DNA from: Candidatus Diapherotrites archaeon CG08_land_8_20_14_0_20_30_16
Lineage (GTDB): Archaea > Iainarchaeota > Iainarchaeia > Iainarchaeales > 0-14-0-20-30-16
Assembly (NCBI GenBank): GCA_002779075.1
Contig: PEXK01000015.1
Coordinates: 1-24,590 of the forward strand
Direction: 5' to 3'
DNA: 24,590 nucleotides
In this document: positions 1 to 8,553 of the stretch, in pieces
How positions within the stretch are numbered: the stretch's first letter is position 1
Layout: each line of letters starts with the position of its first letter
The notes under the pieces: model-generated
The model's database searches: none
The model's input: only the letters and a program-made list of their open reading frames with translations
Told to the model about the DNA's origin: nothing
Program-made: the position numbers and the translations under genes

Positions 1-92
1 AGATTATTGTTAATCAATATACAAAAGCAAGTCCAAAAGTAAAGAAAGAATTATTAAATATATTAAAATCCATTTTTGAAGCACAGTGGTGA
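1..92 (+). CDS. 3' end of an upstream CDS, truncated by the window edge; product unknown
   Basis: The frame starting at nt 3 is open from the window edge (..IIVNQYTKASPKVKKELLNILKSIFEAQW*) and ends at TGA 90-92. Its last codons contain GGTGAT, which sits 3 nt upstream of the next ATG (97). This is typical operon packing in this window. Confidence 0.3.
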   Translation, partial: IIVNQYTKASPKVKKELLNILKSIFEAQW

Positions 93-96
93 TTAA

Positions 97-597
97 ATGC
101 CATTACCAACAACTCATGTTTTAATTAATTTGGCAATATTTTTTCCTTTCAGGAAAAAATTGGGCAAGTATTGGTTTGTTTTTGCTGCTTTTTCTGGATT
201 AGTTTTGGATTTTGATTTTATTTTAGAATTAATTCAAAACTTTTTTGGTTTCAACAATTTTTTTCTAACTCACGGAGGAATAATACATAGCCTTGGTTTT
301 GTTTTATTATTAGGAATGATTTCAACAATTATTTATTATAAAAATAGAGAATATGGGAAATATGGATTTATACTTTCTGCGGGTTGTTTTGTACATTTGA
401 TTTTAGATTTCGTTCTTGGCGGTGGACAATATTCTTTGATGTTGTTATATCCTTTTGTAGAAACACAATTTAGATTACATTTGCTAGAACCCTATACACT
501 TTTAAACATATATGAAATATTAGATGCTGTTCTAATTATGTGTGCCCTAGCGACTCTTTTTTATTTGCAAAGAAAAAAGAAATCTCGACTTATTTAA
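97..597 (+). CDS. Membrane-bound metal-dependent hydrolase-like protein (DUF457/YdjM-like), polytopic
   Basis: 166-aa hydrophobic ORF. His/Asp residues are placed as in the YdjM/DUF457 family: N-terminal TTH, LDFDF, THGGIIHS, HLILDF. A GGTGAT Shine-Dalgarno-like element lies just upstream. Confidence 0.45.
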   Translation: MPLPTTHVLINLAIFFPFRKKLGKYWFVFAAFSGLVLDFDFILELIQNFFGFNNFFLTHGGIIHSLGFVLLLGMISTIIYYKNREYGKYGFILSAGCFVHLILDFVLGGGQYSLMLLYPFVETQFRLHLLEPYTLLNIYEILDAVLIMCALATLFYLQRKKKSRLI

Positions 598-2164
598 TTG
601 CCTGCAATTGTTTATCTATTTGTTTTTCTGATTCCAATCTTTCAAAATCATAATCTTTTAAATCAATAAATTTCATGGGTTCTAAAAGATTTGGATGTAC
701 TTTTAAAATTTGTCTATACATTTCTTGACACATTTTTCTATAATCAGGATGCCCTTGCCTTATTGTTCTTAACTCCAATAAATGATAAGCTTCTCTTAAA
801 TTAAATTTTACATACCATCGCAAATTGTACGCAAAAGGCACACAATATTGTGCTTTTTCTTTTGATATTTTTGTCAGGTCCAAATATACTTTATTTGCAT
901 TATCTAATGCTTTTTTATATTTTTTATCATAACCTGCAAGTATTAAATCTTTGGGTACATCATAACCAAAATGTGTTGTTAATAATTGTCTTTCTTGCGT
1001 CAAAATTCTGTGCCTATGTAAGTCTCTATAGGCCCCAAAATTTCCAACTAACTCAAAAGTGTAATCTGTATTTTCAAAAGCTCTAAACGGTTTGTGTCTT
1101 CTGTTTGTTCTAACACCACAATATTCTCCCAACAATTTTTTTTTCTCGTCAACAGGCATTTGTTTAATGATTTTTATTGCATCCTTTAAAGACAAACCAG
1201 ATTTTAAATAATATATCTTTGATAATACTTTTATTTCTGCATCTTTATCATAATGCAACAATGTAATTCTTTTCTTGTTTTTTGTTATGCCATCAACCGA
1301 AGGATATTTTATTGTTTTTAAATAATCAATAATAGCTTGTCCAAATTCGCCTTTACTTCTTTTCACAAATGATGGAAATACTTTATTTAATTCAGTATAT
1401 GTCTGGTTTCCTAAGTTTTTTATTTCATCTAAATTAGAGGCTTGCATTTTTGTTAATAAATATTCAAATGCTCTACCATTACCAAACAAACCAACATTTG
1501 TCAATGTTGATGCAGGAAGCAACCCTCTAATAGTATCACAAGTTTTTGCTCTCAGCACTGCATCAAAAGCTCTTTCTGATAAGTTCTCTGTGTTTGGCAA
1601 TTTCTTAAGAAAATAATCTCGCATAGGGCCCATCAATTCAGAATATGTATCAAATAAAAAATCCATTGCATTAACATAATCCTCGCTATGTTTTGAAGCC
1701 ATTATTTCTGCATCTCTGTAATAATTGTATTTTCCATTTACTTTTTCATTAAAATAAACATATCTGCTTGATTTTTCTAAAGGATTTATGCCAATTCTCG
1801 AGTCTTCTACAAACTTTGTTGCCAAATTAGAAATATTTTCTAAAGCAATATGGCAACCGCCTAACTCAGCAACAGAATCATCTCCAAACTGGCCTAAAAT
1901 GCGATCATAAAACTCTTCTGCTTTTTTTATTGCTAATAATTGATTATCAATATTTTTTACATCACCAACAATATTCTTGAATTCGTTATCCTGACTGTTG
2001 AAAAAATCAGATAAAAATAAACTGCGCAAATCCTTGCCAGATCTGCTGTATCTTGCAAATAAAGTTCCTTTTACTACTTCTGGCAAGTTAATCAATGCAA
2101 AAACATCTTCTGTAGTATTTGTAAAAAAATAGGATAATATTTTTTGTTCTTCATCATTAAACAT
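590..2164 (-). CDS. thyX: FAD-dependent thymidylate synthase ThyX, long (~525 aa) form
   Basis: ThyX-type RHRxx[ST] signature (RDLHRHRILTQERQ) and an E-x-S-x-RY-like element (EKSSRYVYF). The size matches the long ThyX class (chlamydial type, from memory). Its start overlaps the 3' end of the SHMT gene. The start is probably ATG 2164, with GGGGGAG 6 nt upstream; the ORF track starts at 2179. Confidence 0.6.
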   Translation of the reverse strand: MFNDEEQKILSYFFTNTTEDVFALINLPEVVKGTLFARYSRSGKDLRSLFLSDFFNSQDNEFKNIVGDVKNIDNQLLAIKKAEEFYDRILGQFGDDSVAELGGCHIALENISNLATKFVEDSRIGINPLEKSSRYVYFNEKVNGKYNYYRDAEIMASKHSEDYVNAMDFLFDTYSELMGPMRDYFLKKLPNTENLSERAFDAVLRAKTCDTIRGLLPASTLTNVGLFGNGRAFEYLLTKMQASNLDEIKNLGNQTYTELNKVFPSFVKRSKGEFGQAIIDYLKTIKYPSVDGITKNKKRITLLHYDKDAEIKVLSKIYYLKSGLSLKDAIKIIKQMPVDEKKKLLGEYCGVRTNRRHKPFRAFENTDYTFELVGNFGAYRDLHRHRILTQERQLLTTHFGYDVPKDLILAGYDKKYKKALDNANKVYLDLTKISKEKAQYCVPFAYNLRWYVKFNLREAYHLLELRTIRQGHPDYRKMCQEMYRQILKVHPNLLEPMKFIDLKDYDFERLESEKQIDKQLQAIK

Positions 2165-3317
2165 TAGAATCTCCCCCATTCAAAAGTATTTTCTTAAACT
2201 TATCTGCAAGATTAGAAAAATCAGATTTTGTATTTCCACGCAAAGTCATTTCTTGCACACCCATTCTAATTCCACTAGGATTAATAACACTTTTATCCCA
2301 AGGCAAAGAATTTTTGTTAACTATAATATTATTCTTTTCTAATTCGTTTGCAACTTGCTGCCCGCCACCTTGTTTAGTAACATCTAATATTACTTGATGA
2401 CTCTCTGTGAAGCCCTGCTTTTCGCAACAAACATTAAAACCTTGGGCAGATAATTCTTGTGCAAAATGTTTTGCATTTTCAGTAATCCTTTTTGAATAAT
2501 CTTTATATTTCTCATCTAATAATATTGCAGTCATCAACAAAACAGGTAAACGATGCAGATGATGATTCGAAACAATCCCGGGAAACACAAATTTATTAAA
2601 TTCATTAAAGTCTTTTGATAAAATTATTCCGCCTTGCGGACCAGGAAATGTTTTGTGTGTTGATGCTGTGACTATATCTGCACCTTCTTCAAAAGGTTTT
2701 TGAAATAATCCTTGATAAAGTAACCCAAAAACATGTGCTGAATCATACACTATTTTTAATTCTGGAAACTCCTGCCTTATTTCTTTTATGGGTTCAGGAA
2801 ATAAAAACATAGACTTGCCCAAAACAATAAAATCAGGATCAAATTCTTTAATTATTTTTATACTTTCGTCAATGTCAGAAACAAAAGGATTTTCTTGAGA
2901 CTGGGAAAAATTTTTAATATCATAATTTAAAATTCTGCCCAAAGTGCCAATTTTATTGTGAGTTATATGCCCACCAGAAGGCAAAGAATTTGTTATTACT
3001 TTGCCTGTTTTTCTTAAACTAGAAAATACTGCTAAATTTGCAATAGCTCCAGAAATCGGTCGAGTATCACAAACATTTACATTGAATTTTTTCTTAAAAT
3101 AATCCTGACATTCTTGTTCAATACAATCAATATATTTTGTACCATTATAATACCTATTAAAGGGCAGACCTTCAGCATATCTGTGCATAAAATCATTTGA
3201 ATAAAAAGGCTCTACTTCTGTTAGCATTGTGTTTTCAGATGCAATTAAATTGACACAAGAATCTCGCCATACATTTTGTTTGGAAATGAGTTCTTTTACA
3301 TCCTCAAAAGTCAACAA
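2157..3317 (-). CDS. glyA: Serine hydroxymethyltransferase (short archaeal-type SHMT)
   Basis: PLP-lysine motif TASTHKTFPGPQGG, N-terminal NLIASEN, and SGAIANLAV. The ORF-track start GTG 3326 is probably the Shine-Dalgarno element itself (GGTGAT). The likely start is TTG 3317, 4 nt downstream of it. Confidence 0.85.
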   Translation of the reverse strand: MLTFEDVKELISKQNVWRDSCVNLIASENTMLTEVEPFYSNDFMHRYAEGLPFNRYYNGTKYIDCIEQECQDYFKKKFNVNVCDTRPISGAIANLAVFSSLRKTGKVITNSLPSGGHITHNKIGTLGRILNYDIKNFSQSQENPFVSDIDESIKIIKEFDPDFIVLGKSMFLFPEPIKEIRQEFPELKIVYDSAHVFGLLYQGLFQKPFEEGADIVTASTHKTFPGPQGGIILSKDFNEFNKFVFPGIVSNHHLHRLPVLLMTAILLDEKYKDYSKRITENAKHFAQELSAQGFNVCCEKQGFTESHQVILDVTKQGGGQQVANELEKNNIIVNKNSLPWDKSVINPSGIRMGVQEMTLRGNTKSDFSNLADKFKKILLNGGDSNV

Positions 3318-3450
3318 GAAAATCACCGTCTCATTAAACAGTACAAATAGGTGTACTGATAAGATAAAAAGAGTTCTAAAAGATTTAAATAGTGTTGTTT
3401 AAACATAAGATTAAATAAAGCCAATGTTAAAGAAGAATATTAAAAACCTG

Positions 3451-4352
3451 TTAAACCATACCAAAGAATTTTTTTAACCAATCAATTATTTTTTGAATGA
3501 AACTTTGGGCCACACATTGATTATTAATGCATATATTGGATGTACACTCAAAGTTATTTTCGCAAGCTGTATCACCAGTTAATTGTTGTTTGAATGTGCC
3601 ATCATCAAAACAAAATTTTCCTTGTTTCCTATAGCCAAAGGGATAACATTTCCCGTCTAATGGACAAGAATCTTTACAAATCAGAGACGGCTCTGTTTTT
3701 TCTTCTATTGATTCTTTGTTAATATCCTCAGAGACTTTATTTTCATCCGCTTTTTTTTGTTTATCTTCTTTTATTTTCTCAGAAGGAAGGAACACCTGCC
3801 CCTCTTTTTCATAATTTAAATAACAATCTTTTAATACATTAAAAGAATTTACTCCACATTTAGTAACATCGTCGTATGTTTTACAATGACCTTTGCAAAA
3901 AATTTCTGCCTTCTTTTGCCAAGATTCTGAAGGGCTACACCCCTCATATTCTAATTTCTGTGGAGCGTGCTCTAAACCATCATAACATTGCCAATAAGCA
4001 TTTAAGAATCCTTTGCCTTGAATTTATTCAGGAGTTACTTCTGAACCAGGAGCACAGATAAATTCAACATTTTCATTTGCACCATCCATTACCGTATATG
4101 CATATCCGTCACATGAACTCTTCCAATCAAACTTGAATCCACTTATACCAATTACATCTACAACACAATTGTCTGTTCCATCACATTTAAATTTTCCATT
4201 ACTAGTATAACAAGATTGTTGTGTTGTTGAATTCAAAAAAGTACATTTCACAATCTCTTTTATATCGGACTCTGTTTGAGCAGATAAAAAATTGAAATTT
4301 AACAACAATAAAAAACAACTAACAAGCCAAAGAGGTATCTTATTTTTTTCAT
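3451..4352 (-). pseudogene. Cys-rich secreted protein gene, disrupted. ATG 4352 with an A7-tract frame change, one in-frame TAA at 4024-4026, and otherwise a single continuous frame to 3451
   Basis: ORFs 4024..4308 and 3451..3795 are in the same frame (4308-3795=513). My hand translation of 4023..3796 shows 76 further open codons with no ATG/GTG/TTG start, continuing the Cys-rich pattern (IQGKGFLNAYWQCYDGLEHAPQKLEYEGCSPSESWQKKAEIFCKGHCKTYDDVTKCGVNSFNVLKDCYLNYEKEGQ). ATG 4352 gives MKKIRYLFGLLVVFYCC*. A -1 shift in the A7 run (4343-4349) gives a textbook signal peptide, MKKNKIPLWLVSCFLLLLNFNFLSAQ, joined to the ORF. Confidence 0.55.
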
Positions 4353-4374
4353 ACTACTAAATAACCCTTAACTC

Positions 4375-4382
4375 TTTATAAA
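4375..4382. promoter_or_regulatory. Palindromic TATA box (TTTATAAA) shared by divergent, apparently leaderless genes
   Basis: TTTATAAA is its own reverse complement. Its centre lies about 25.5 nt from ATG 4404 (+) and about 26.5 nt from ATG 4352 (-). That is the usual archaeal TATA-to-TSS distance for leaderless mRNAs. No Shine-Dalgarno element precedes either ATG. Confidence 0.45.
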
Positions 4383-4403
4383 GTTTTCCTATACAGTTTT
4401 ATT

Positions 4404-5048
4404 ATGGACCCAGAAGTGTACTATAATCCAGAACAACAACAGAAAAAGAACTTTACATTAAAGAAGCCAGAAATAATACACCTTGTTATTGCATGGGTTG
4501 GAATTACTGTTGCATTTTCATGGAAAGGTGTGTCCAATATTGGGGCGATGTGGGATCTGTTGCCCATTATTTTGGTGGGTACATTAACTGCTTTTATTTT
4601 ACATGAACTTGCACACAAATTTGTTGCAATACATTATGGCTGTTATGCACGATTTGTTTTGTGGCCTGCAGGATTAGGGTTTGCAATTATTTTATCTTTA
4701 ATTACATCTGGAGGGTTTGTTTTCGCTGCGCCAGGAGCAGTATATATTTGGGGTAAAAACATTACGAGAAAAGAAAACGGAATAATTTCTTTTTCTGGTC
4801 CTTTTGCTAATTTTTGTCTTAGTATAATCTTTATATTTTTAGGAATTGTTTTGTCACAATTTGTCAGCAACCAATATTTACTAACACTGTTTTACTATGT
4901 TGCAATGATAAATATATTTTTAGGGGCCTTCAACTTATTACCAATTCCTCCGCTTGATGGTTTTAAGGTTTTCTTGTGGAATAAATTATTGTGGCTGATT
5001 TCGTTGCTAGCATTTATAGGGTTGTATTTCTTTTTAATTTATGTGTGA
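4404..5048 (+). CDS. Site-2 protease family (M50) intramembrane zinc metalloprotease
   Basis: HELAHK (HExxH) sits within a TM helix, and the second ligand motif NLLPIPPLDG (NxxPxxxLDG) is present. There are multiple TM helices. Confidence 0.8.
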   Translation: MDPEVYYNPEQQQKKNFTLKKPEIIHLVIAWVGITVAFSWKGVSNIGAMWDLLPIILVGTLTAFILHELAHKFVAIHYGCYARFVLWPAGLGFAIILSLITSGGFVFAAPGAVYIWGKNITRKENGIISFSGPFANFCLSIIFIFLGIVLSQFVSNQYLLTLFYYVAMINIFLGAFNLLPIPPLDGFKVFLWNKLLWLISLLAFIGLYFFLIYV

Positions 5049-5077
5049 TGTTTTTGAAGTGGTGAGGAGATGAAAAA

Positions 5078-6109
5078 ATGATGATTGGATTGACTGGGCC
5101 TAATTGTAGTGGAAAGGGAGAAATAGCAAATATATTGAAAGAAAAAAGATACAAATATTATTCTTGCAGCGATGTAATTAGAGAAGAAGCAGAAAAAAGA
5201 AAATTAGAAAAAACAAGAGAAAATTTAATTGCGATAGGTAACGAATTGAGAGAAAAATTAGGGCCAAATGTTTTAGCAAAAAAACTTTTGGAAAAAATAA
5301 AAGAGGATAGAAAAAAAGGGCAAAAAGATTTTATCGTTGATAGTATAAGAAACCCAAATGAAGTTGAAGAATTAAAAACAGATAACGAATTTAGTTTGTT
5401 AGGGATAAACGCACCAATAGAATTAAGATATGAAAGAGCAAAAGCACGTGGGCGAGTTGAAAATGTAAACAATTTTGATGATTTTAAACAAATGGATGAA
5501 AAAGAAAATTCATCAAATCCAAATGCACAACAATTGAATGTTGTTTACAAAATGGCTGACAAGTATGTATTTAATGATAGCACATTAGAAGATCTGAAAA
5601 AGAGATTAGATTTTGCTTTAAAATATGAAAAAAAAGAAAGGCCATCATGGGCTGAATATTTCATGAAAATTACATCAGTTGTTGCAGAAAGGAGCACGTG
5701 TTTAAGGCACAATGTTGGAGCAATTATTGTCAAAAATAAAAGATTGTTAACCACAGGTTATAATGGTGCTGTAAGAGGCAATGAGGATTGCCTTAAATTA
5801 GGATGCAAAAAAGATGAATTGGGCCTTGAATCAGGTTTTGGTTCTGAAGAATGCAGGGCAGTTCATGCAGAACAAAATGCAATTATCCAGGGAGCTCTTC
5901 ATGGAATAAATATAGAAGGGGCCACATTATATTGCACAACAATTCCTTGCAGAATGTGTGCAAAGGAAATTGTAAATGCAGGAATTAAAGAAGTAATAAC
6001 TTATAGTGACTATGCTGGAGCAAAGGGTTCAATAGAGTTTCTACAAAATGCAGGAGTAAATTTTAGAAAAATTCCAAGACCTAATAACAGTATTAATTTT
6101 AAGGATTAA
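5078..6109 (+). CDS. Fusion protein: N-terminal P-loop nucleotide kinase-like domain plus C-terminal dCMP deaminase (ComEB/dCTD type)
   Basis: The N-terminus has Walker A GLTGPNCSGKG with an adenylate/dephospho-CoA-kinase-like layout. The C-terminus has cytidine/deoxycytidylate deaminase zinc motifs HAEQNAI and PCRMCAKEI, preceded by CLRHNVGAIIV. Confidence 0.8.
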   Translation: MMIGLTGPNCSGKGEIANILKEKRYKYYSCSDVIREEAEKRKLEKTRENLIAIGNELREKLGPNVLAKKLLEKIKEDRKKGQKDFIVDSIRNPNEVEELKTDNEFSLLGINAPIELRYERAKARGRVENVNNFDDFKQMDEKENSSNPNAQQLNVVYKMADKYVFNDSTLEDLKKRLDFALKYEKKERPSWAEYFMKITSVVAERSTCLRHNVGAIIVKNKRLLTTGYNGAVRGNEDCLKLGCKKDELGLESGFGSEECRAVHAEQNAIIQGALHGINIEGATLYCTTIPCRMCAKEIVNAGIKEVITYSDYAGAKGSIEFLQNAGVNFRKIPRPNNSINFKD

Positions 6110-6127
6110 AAGTAAGTAGAAACCAAA

Positions 6128-7684
6128 TCAAAATAATTTCCTTTGTCTTTGTTTTTCTTCTTTCTTTGGGTGTTGGGCCTTTCTTTCTTCTTTCTTTTCT
6201 TTGATGCCACCTTGTGTTTCTAACTTTGGGTTTGAAACACTTTGTAAAAGATTTTCTTCTTTAGAAGACAATATTCTACACTTCTTTTCTTTTTCTTTTT
6301 GGTATTTCTTTTCTGATGTAGGTTCTTTTCTTTCTTTTAATTCTAATTTTTTGTGTTTTATTTCTATTTCTTCTTTCTTTGGCACCACCTTTCTTTCTTC
6401 TTTTTCTTTATTCTCTTTTTCTTGCTCTATATCTTTTGTTCTTGGTTCTTCTTTCAAAGAAGAACTATGTGGGGTGTTAAAGAATTTGAACTTAAAAAAA
6501 TCTTGTAAAAAGAGGAGATCTTCATCTGGCAAATGTTCTAACAAGTATTGTGTGAAACCCCCTTTATTGAAAAAGAATCTGTACAAAAAAATCTCCCCAG
6601 ATATTTTTGAAACTGAACCACGAAATACTTTGGATAATATCTGTGCTGCTTTTTTGTTGCGCGAATATTCGCTTAATTCTCTTGTTTTCAATTTAATACT
6701 TTGAGGATAAGAAATCTTGAAAGTAAATTGATCTTTCTTGGGAATTAAACAAGGGCTTATAATGCCTAATGCCAAAAAATACTTGAAGAAAACCCAATTC
6801 TGTCTTGAATATATTCTGCTTTTATTCAAATCAGCCAATGCAGCAAAGCGATAAGCCTCTTTTAAATTATCTTTCTCGTAAAACAAGTGCAGATTTTCAG
6901 TAATCCAAGCAAATAACATATCGAAATCTAATTCTGTGGCATTTGCAATCTTTTGCGCTTCATTAAAAGTTTTTGCTTTAAACAAACCAATTATGGTTTT
7001 GAAAACATCTGCTTTTCTTTCTCTTCCTGAAAGCAATTCTAAATTCTTTTTTGTTATTCCAAAGGGACTTAAATAATTCATATCTAAAAAAATAGCTCTT
7101 AAATCACCAGAATTCATTTTTATTAAATCTTCTATTGCATCTTTCTCAAATTTTATTTTCTTTTGCAGGCACATTTGGGATATATAGTTAGTAAGTATAG
7201 TGGTGCTTGTGTGTCTCATTTCAATTATTTCGCACATTTCTCTTAACTGTGCCAATTTTCTGTCAGCATACATATTTGTTGCACAAAAAATAACTGGATT
7301 TCTTGATTCTTTGACGCATTTTAAAATAGTTTCAAAACCACCTTTGTCTTCTGCAACAAAAACATCAATATCATCAAAAAATAATAAATTCTTGTTTGAA
7401 AAAATACTTTTACTTTGTGAAACTGCGTGCAAAATGGGTTCTAACGTTTCTTTGTCTCGATCATCAGAAGGTGTTAATTCATAGAGGGTCAGATTGTGTT
7501 CTTTTGCAAATAATCTTACTAATATTGATTTTCCTATGCCTACTGGACCAACAAGCAAACAGGGTTTCTTGTGATTTTTATACCATGCATCTAATGATAA
7601 AATAGTACTCTTGTTAATACACTCTTGTAAACTCTTTGGTTCATAAGCATCCAAAACATACACAATATACCACCAATTAAGCAT
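6128..7684 (-). CDS. rfcL: Replication factor C (clamp loader) large subunit, with a long K/E-rich C-terminal tail
   Basis: AAA+ motifs are present: Walker A GPVGIGKS, Walker B LLFFDDIDVF, PVIFCATN. The N-terminal EPKSLQECI resembles the RFC box (YRPKxLxE). The roughly 110-aa Lys/Glu-rich tail ends ..KQRQRKLF*. Confidence 0.75.
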   Translation of the reverse strand: MLNWWYIVYVLDAYEPKSLQECINKSTILSLDAWYKNHKKPCLLVGPVGIGKSILVRLFAKEHNLTLYELTPSDDRDKETLEPILHAVSQSKSIFSNKNLLFFDDIDVFVAEDKGGFETILKCVKESRNPVIFCATNMYADRKLAQLREMCEIIEMRHTSTTILTNYISQMCLQKKIKFEKDAIEDLIKMNSGDLRAIFLDMNYLSPFGITKKNLELLSGRERKADVFKTIIGLFKAKTFNEAQKIANATELDFDMLFAWITENLHLFYEKDNLKEAYRFAALADLNKSRIYSRQNWVFFKYFLALGIISPCLIPKKDQFTFKISYPQSIKLKTRELSEYSRNKKAAQILSKVFRGSVSKISGEIFLYRFFFNKGGFTQYLLEHLPDEDLLFLQDFFKFKFFNTPHSSSLKEEPRTKDIEQEKENKEKEERKVVPKKEEIEIKHKKLELKERKEPTSEKKYQKEKEKKCRILSSKEENLLQSVSNPKLETQGGIKEKKEERKAQHPKKEEKQRQRKLF

Positions 7685-7716
7685 TGTTAAGCAATGCTAT
7701 TTTTGTTTTGAAATGC

Positions 7717-7956
7717 TTATATAAAGTCTTTTAATACTTGTTCTTTTGTTTCTGTTTTTTTTTCTTGAATTTCTTCTTCTGCAAGTTTGTCAAATGATTT
7801 CATTTCTTCTGATTTCTTATTTAATCTTGCTAATGTGTAAAGATATGCGTTAATTACACTGTCTAAATCTAATTTTCTTTTCAAACCTAAACGCGCAACT
7901 TCTTCAACATAAAGTTTAACTATTCCTAATGCTAAATCATCATTTTTTTCGTGCAT
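7717..7956 (-). CDS. Hypothetical small helical protein (79 aa)
   Basis: ORF with GGTGAT 4 nt upstream of ATG 7956; the ORF-track GTG 7965 lies inside that Shine-Dalgarno element. It is co-directional with rfcL and 32 nt upstream of it. I recognised no motif. Confidence 0.5.
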   Translation of the reverse strand: MHEKNDDLALGIVKLYVEEVARLGLKRKLDLDSVINAYLYTLARLNKKSEEMKSFDKLAEEEIQEKKTETKEQVLKDFI

Positions 7957-8039
7957 AAATATCACCCTTGATATAATATAGGTACTTACAATTATAAATA
8001 TATCCTGTTTAGTAGGTATTGAGACACAATTGATCCCGT

Positions 8040-8387
8040 CTAGTGTACAGATATTAAAATGTTATTAAAATCACTTGAATTCTTTATCTGCTTCTCTATT
8101 ACTGATGTGTAATTCTCTAGCATCTGCTTGTTATAATCAGGTAGAGAAAAGGTTACTATAATATTTATGTCTTTGCCTTCTACTTTGCTTAAAAGAGTAT
8201 AATCTCCTAAATAATTTGATTTGAGAGTAAAGCTATCCAAATGATTCTTTGTTATGCCTAAAGCAGTAATCTCCCGGGTATTTTGTGGGAGTTCAAAGAA
8301 AATCAAAACAACTATAATTATGATTACGACGAGCACTATGAGGAACTCTATACTGGATTGACCTTTTTGCATAATATTTTTTTGCAT
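8040..8387 (-). CDS. Archaeal type IV pilin-like protein with a class III signal peptide
   Basis: The N-terminus is MQKNIMQKGQSSIEFLIVLVVIIIIVVLIF. K-G-Q followed by SxEFL and a hydrophobic helix is the class III (PibD/FlaK-processed) signal. The start could be ATG 8387 or 8372. Confidence 0.65.
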   Translation of the reverse strand: MQKNIMQKGQSSIEFLIVLVVIIIIVVLIFFELPQNTREITALGITKNHLDSFTLKSNYLGDYTLLSKVEGKDINIIVTFSLPDYNKQMLENYTSVIEKQIKNSSDFNNILISVH

Positions 8388-8553
8388 AATACATATACAA
8401 ATATAAGTTTAAAATGCTTTTCAAATTATCTCTTTTTTGTTTCAATCAGGGGTTTTGATTGTGTTTGTAATAATTTGTTATTTGACTATAAAGGCAAATT
8501 CAAATATAATGGAATGCCTGAAAAGAGAAAAAATCAGTAATAAGTTTATGTTT

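Noticed and set aside
4024-4026. TAA reassigned as a sense codon (alternative genetic code) to explain the in-frame stop
   Set aside because: TAA terminates several well-supported genes at their expected ends in this window (thyX, glyA, endoQ, mutS). A global reassignment is therefore not tenable.
3876-4061. 61-aa plus-strand ORF between the two Cys-rich ORFs
   Set aside because: It is antisense to a 76-codon open, Cys-rich continuation of the minus-strand gene. It has no start context and no recognisable features.
6131-6480. Apparent tandem/simple DNA repeat (ttctttctt.. tracts)
   Set aside because: It is the antisense view of AAG/GAA/AAA codons encoding the Lys/Glu-rich tail of RFC-L. The frame is open, so this is coding low complexity, not a repeat array or CRISPR.
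7720-7740. C-terminal QVLKDFI of the 79-aa protein upstream of rfcL as a PIP box
   Set aside because: The hydrophobic and aromatic spacing is off by one relative to Qxx[LIM]xx[FY][FY]. It also differs from the Q-x-x-L-F tails seen on MutS, EndoQ and RFC-L. This is too weak to claim.
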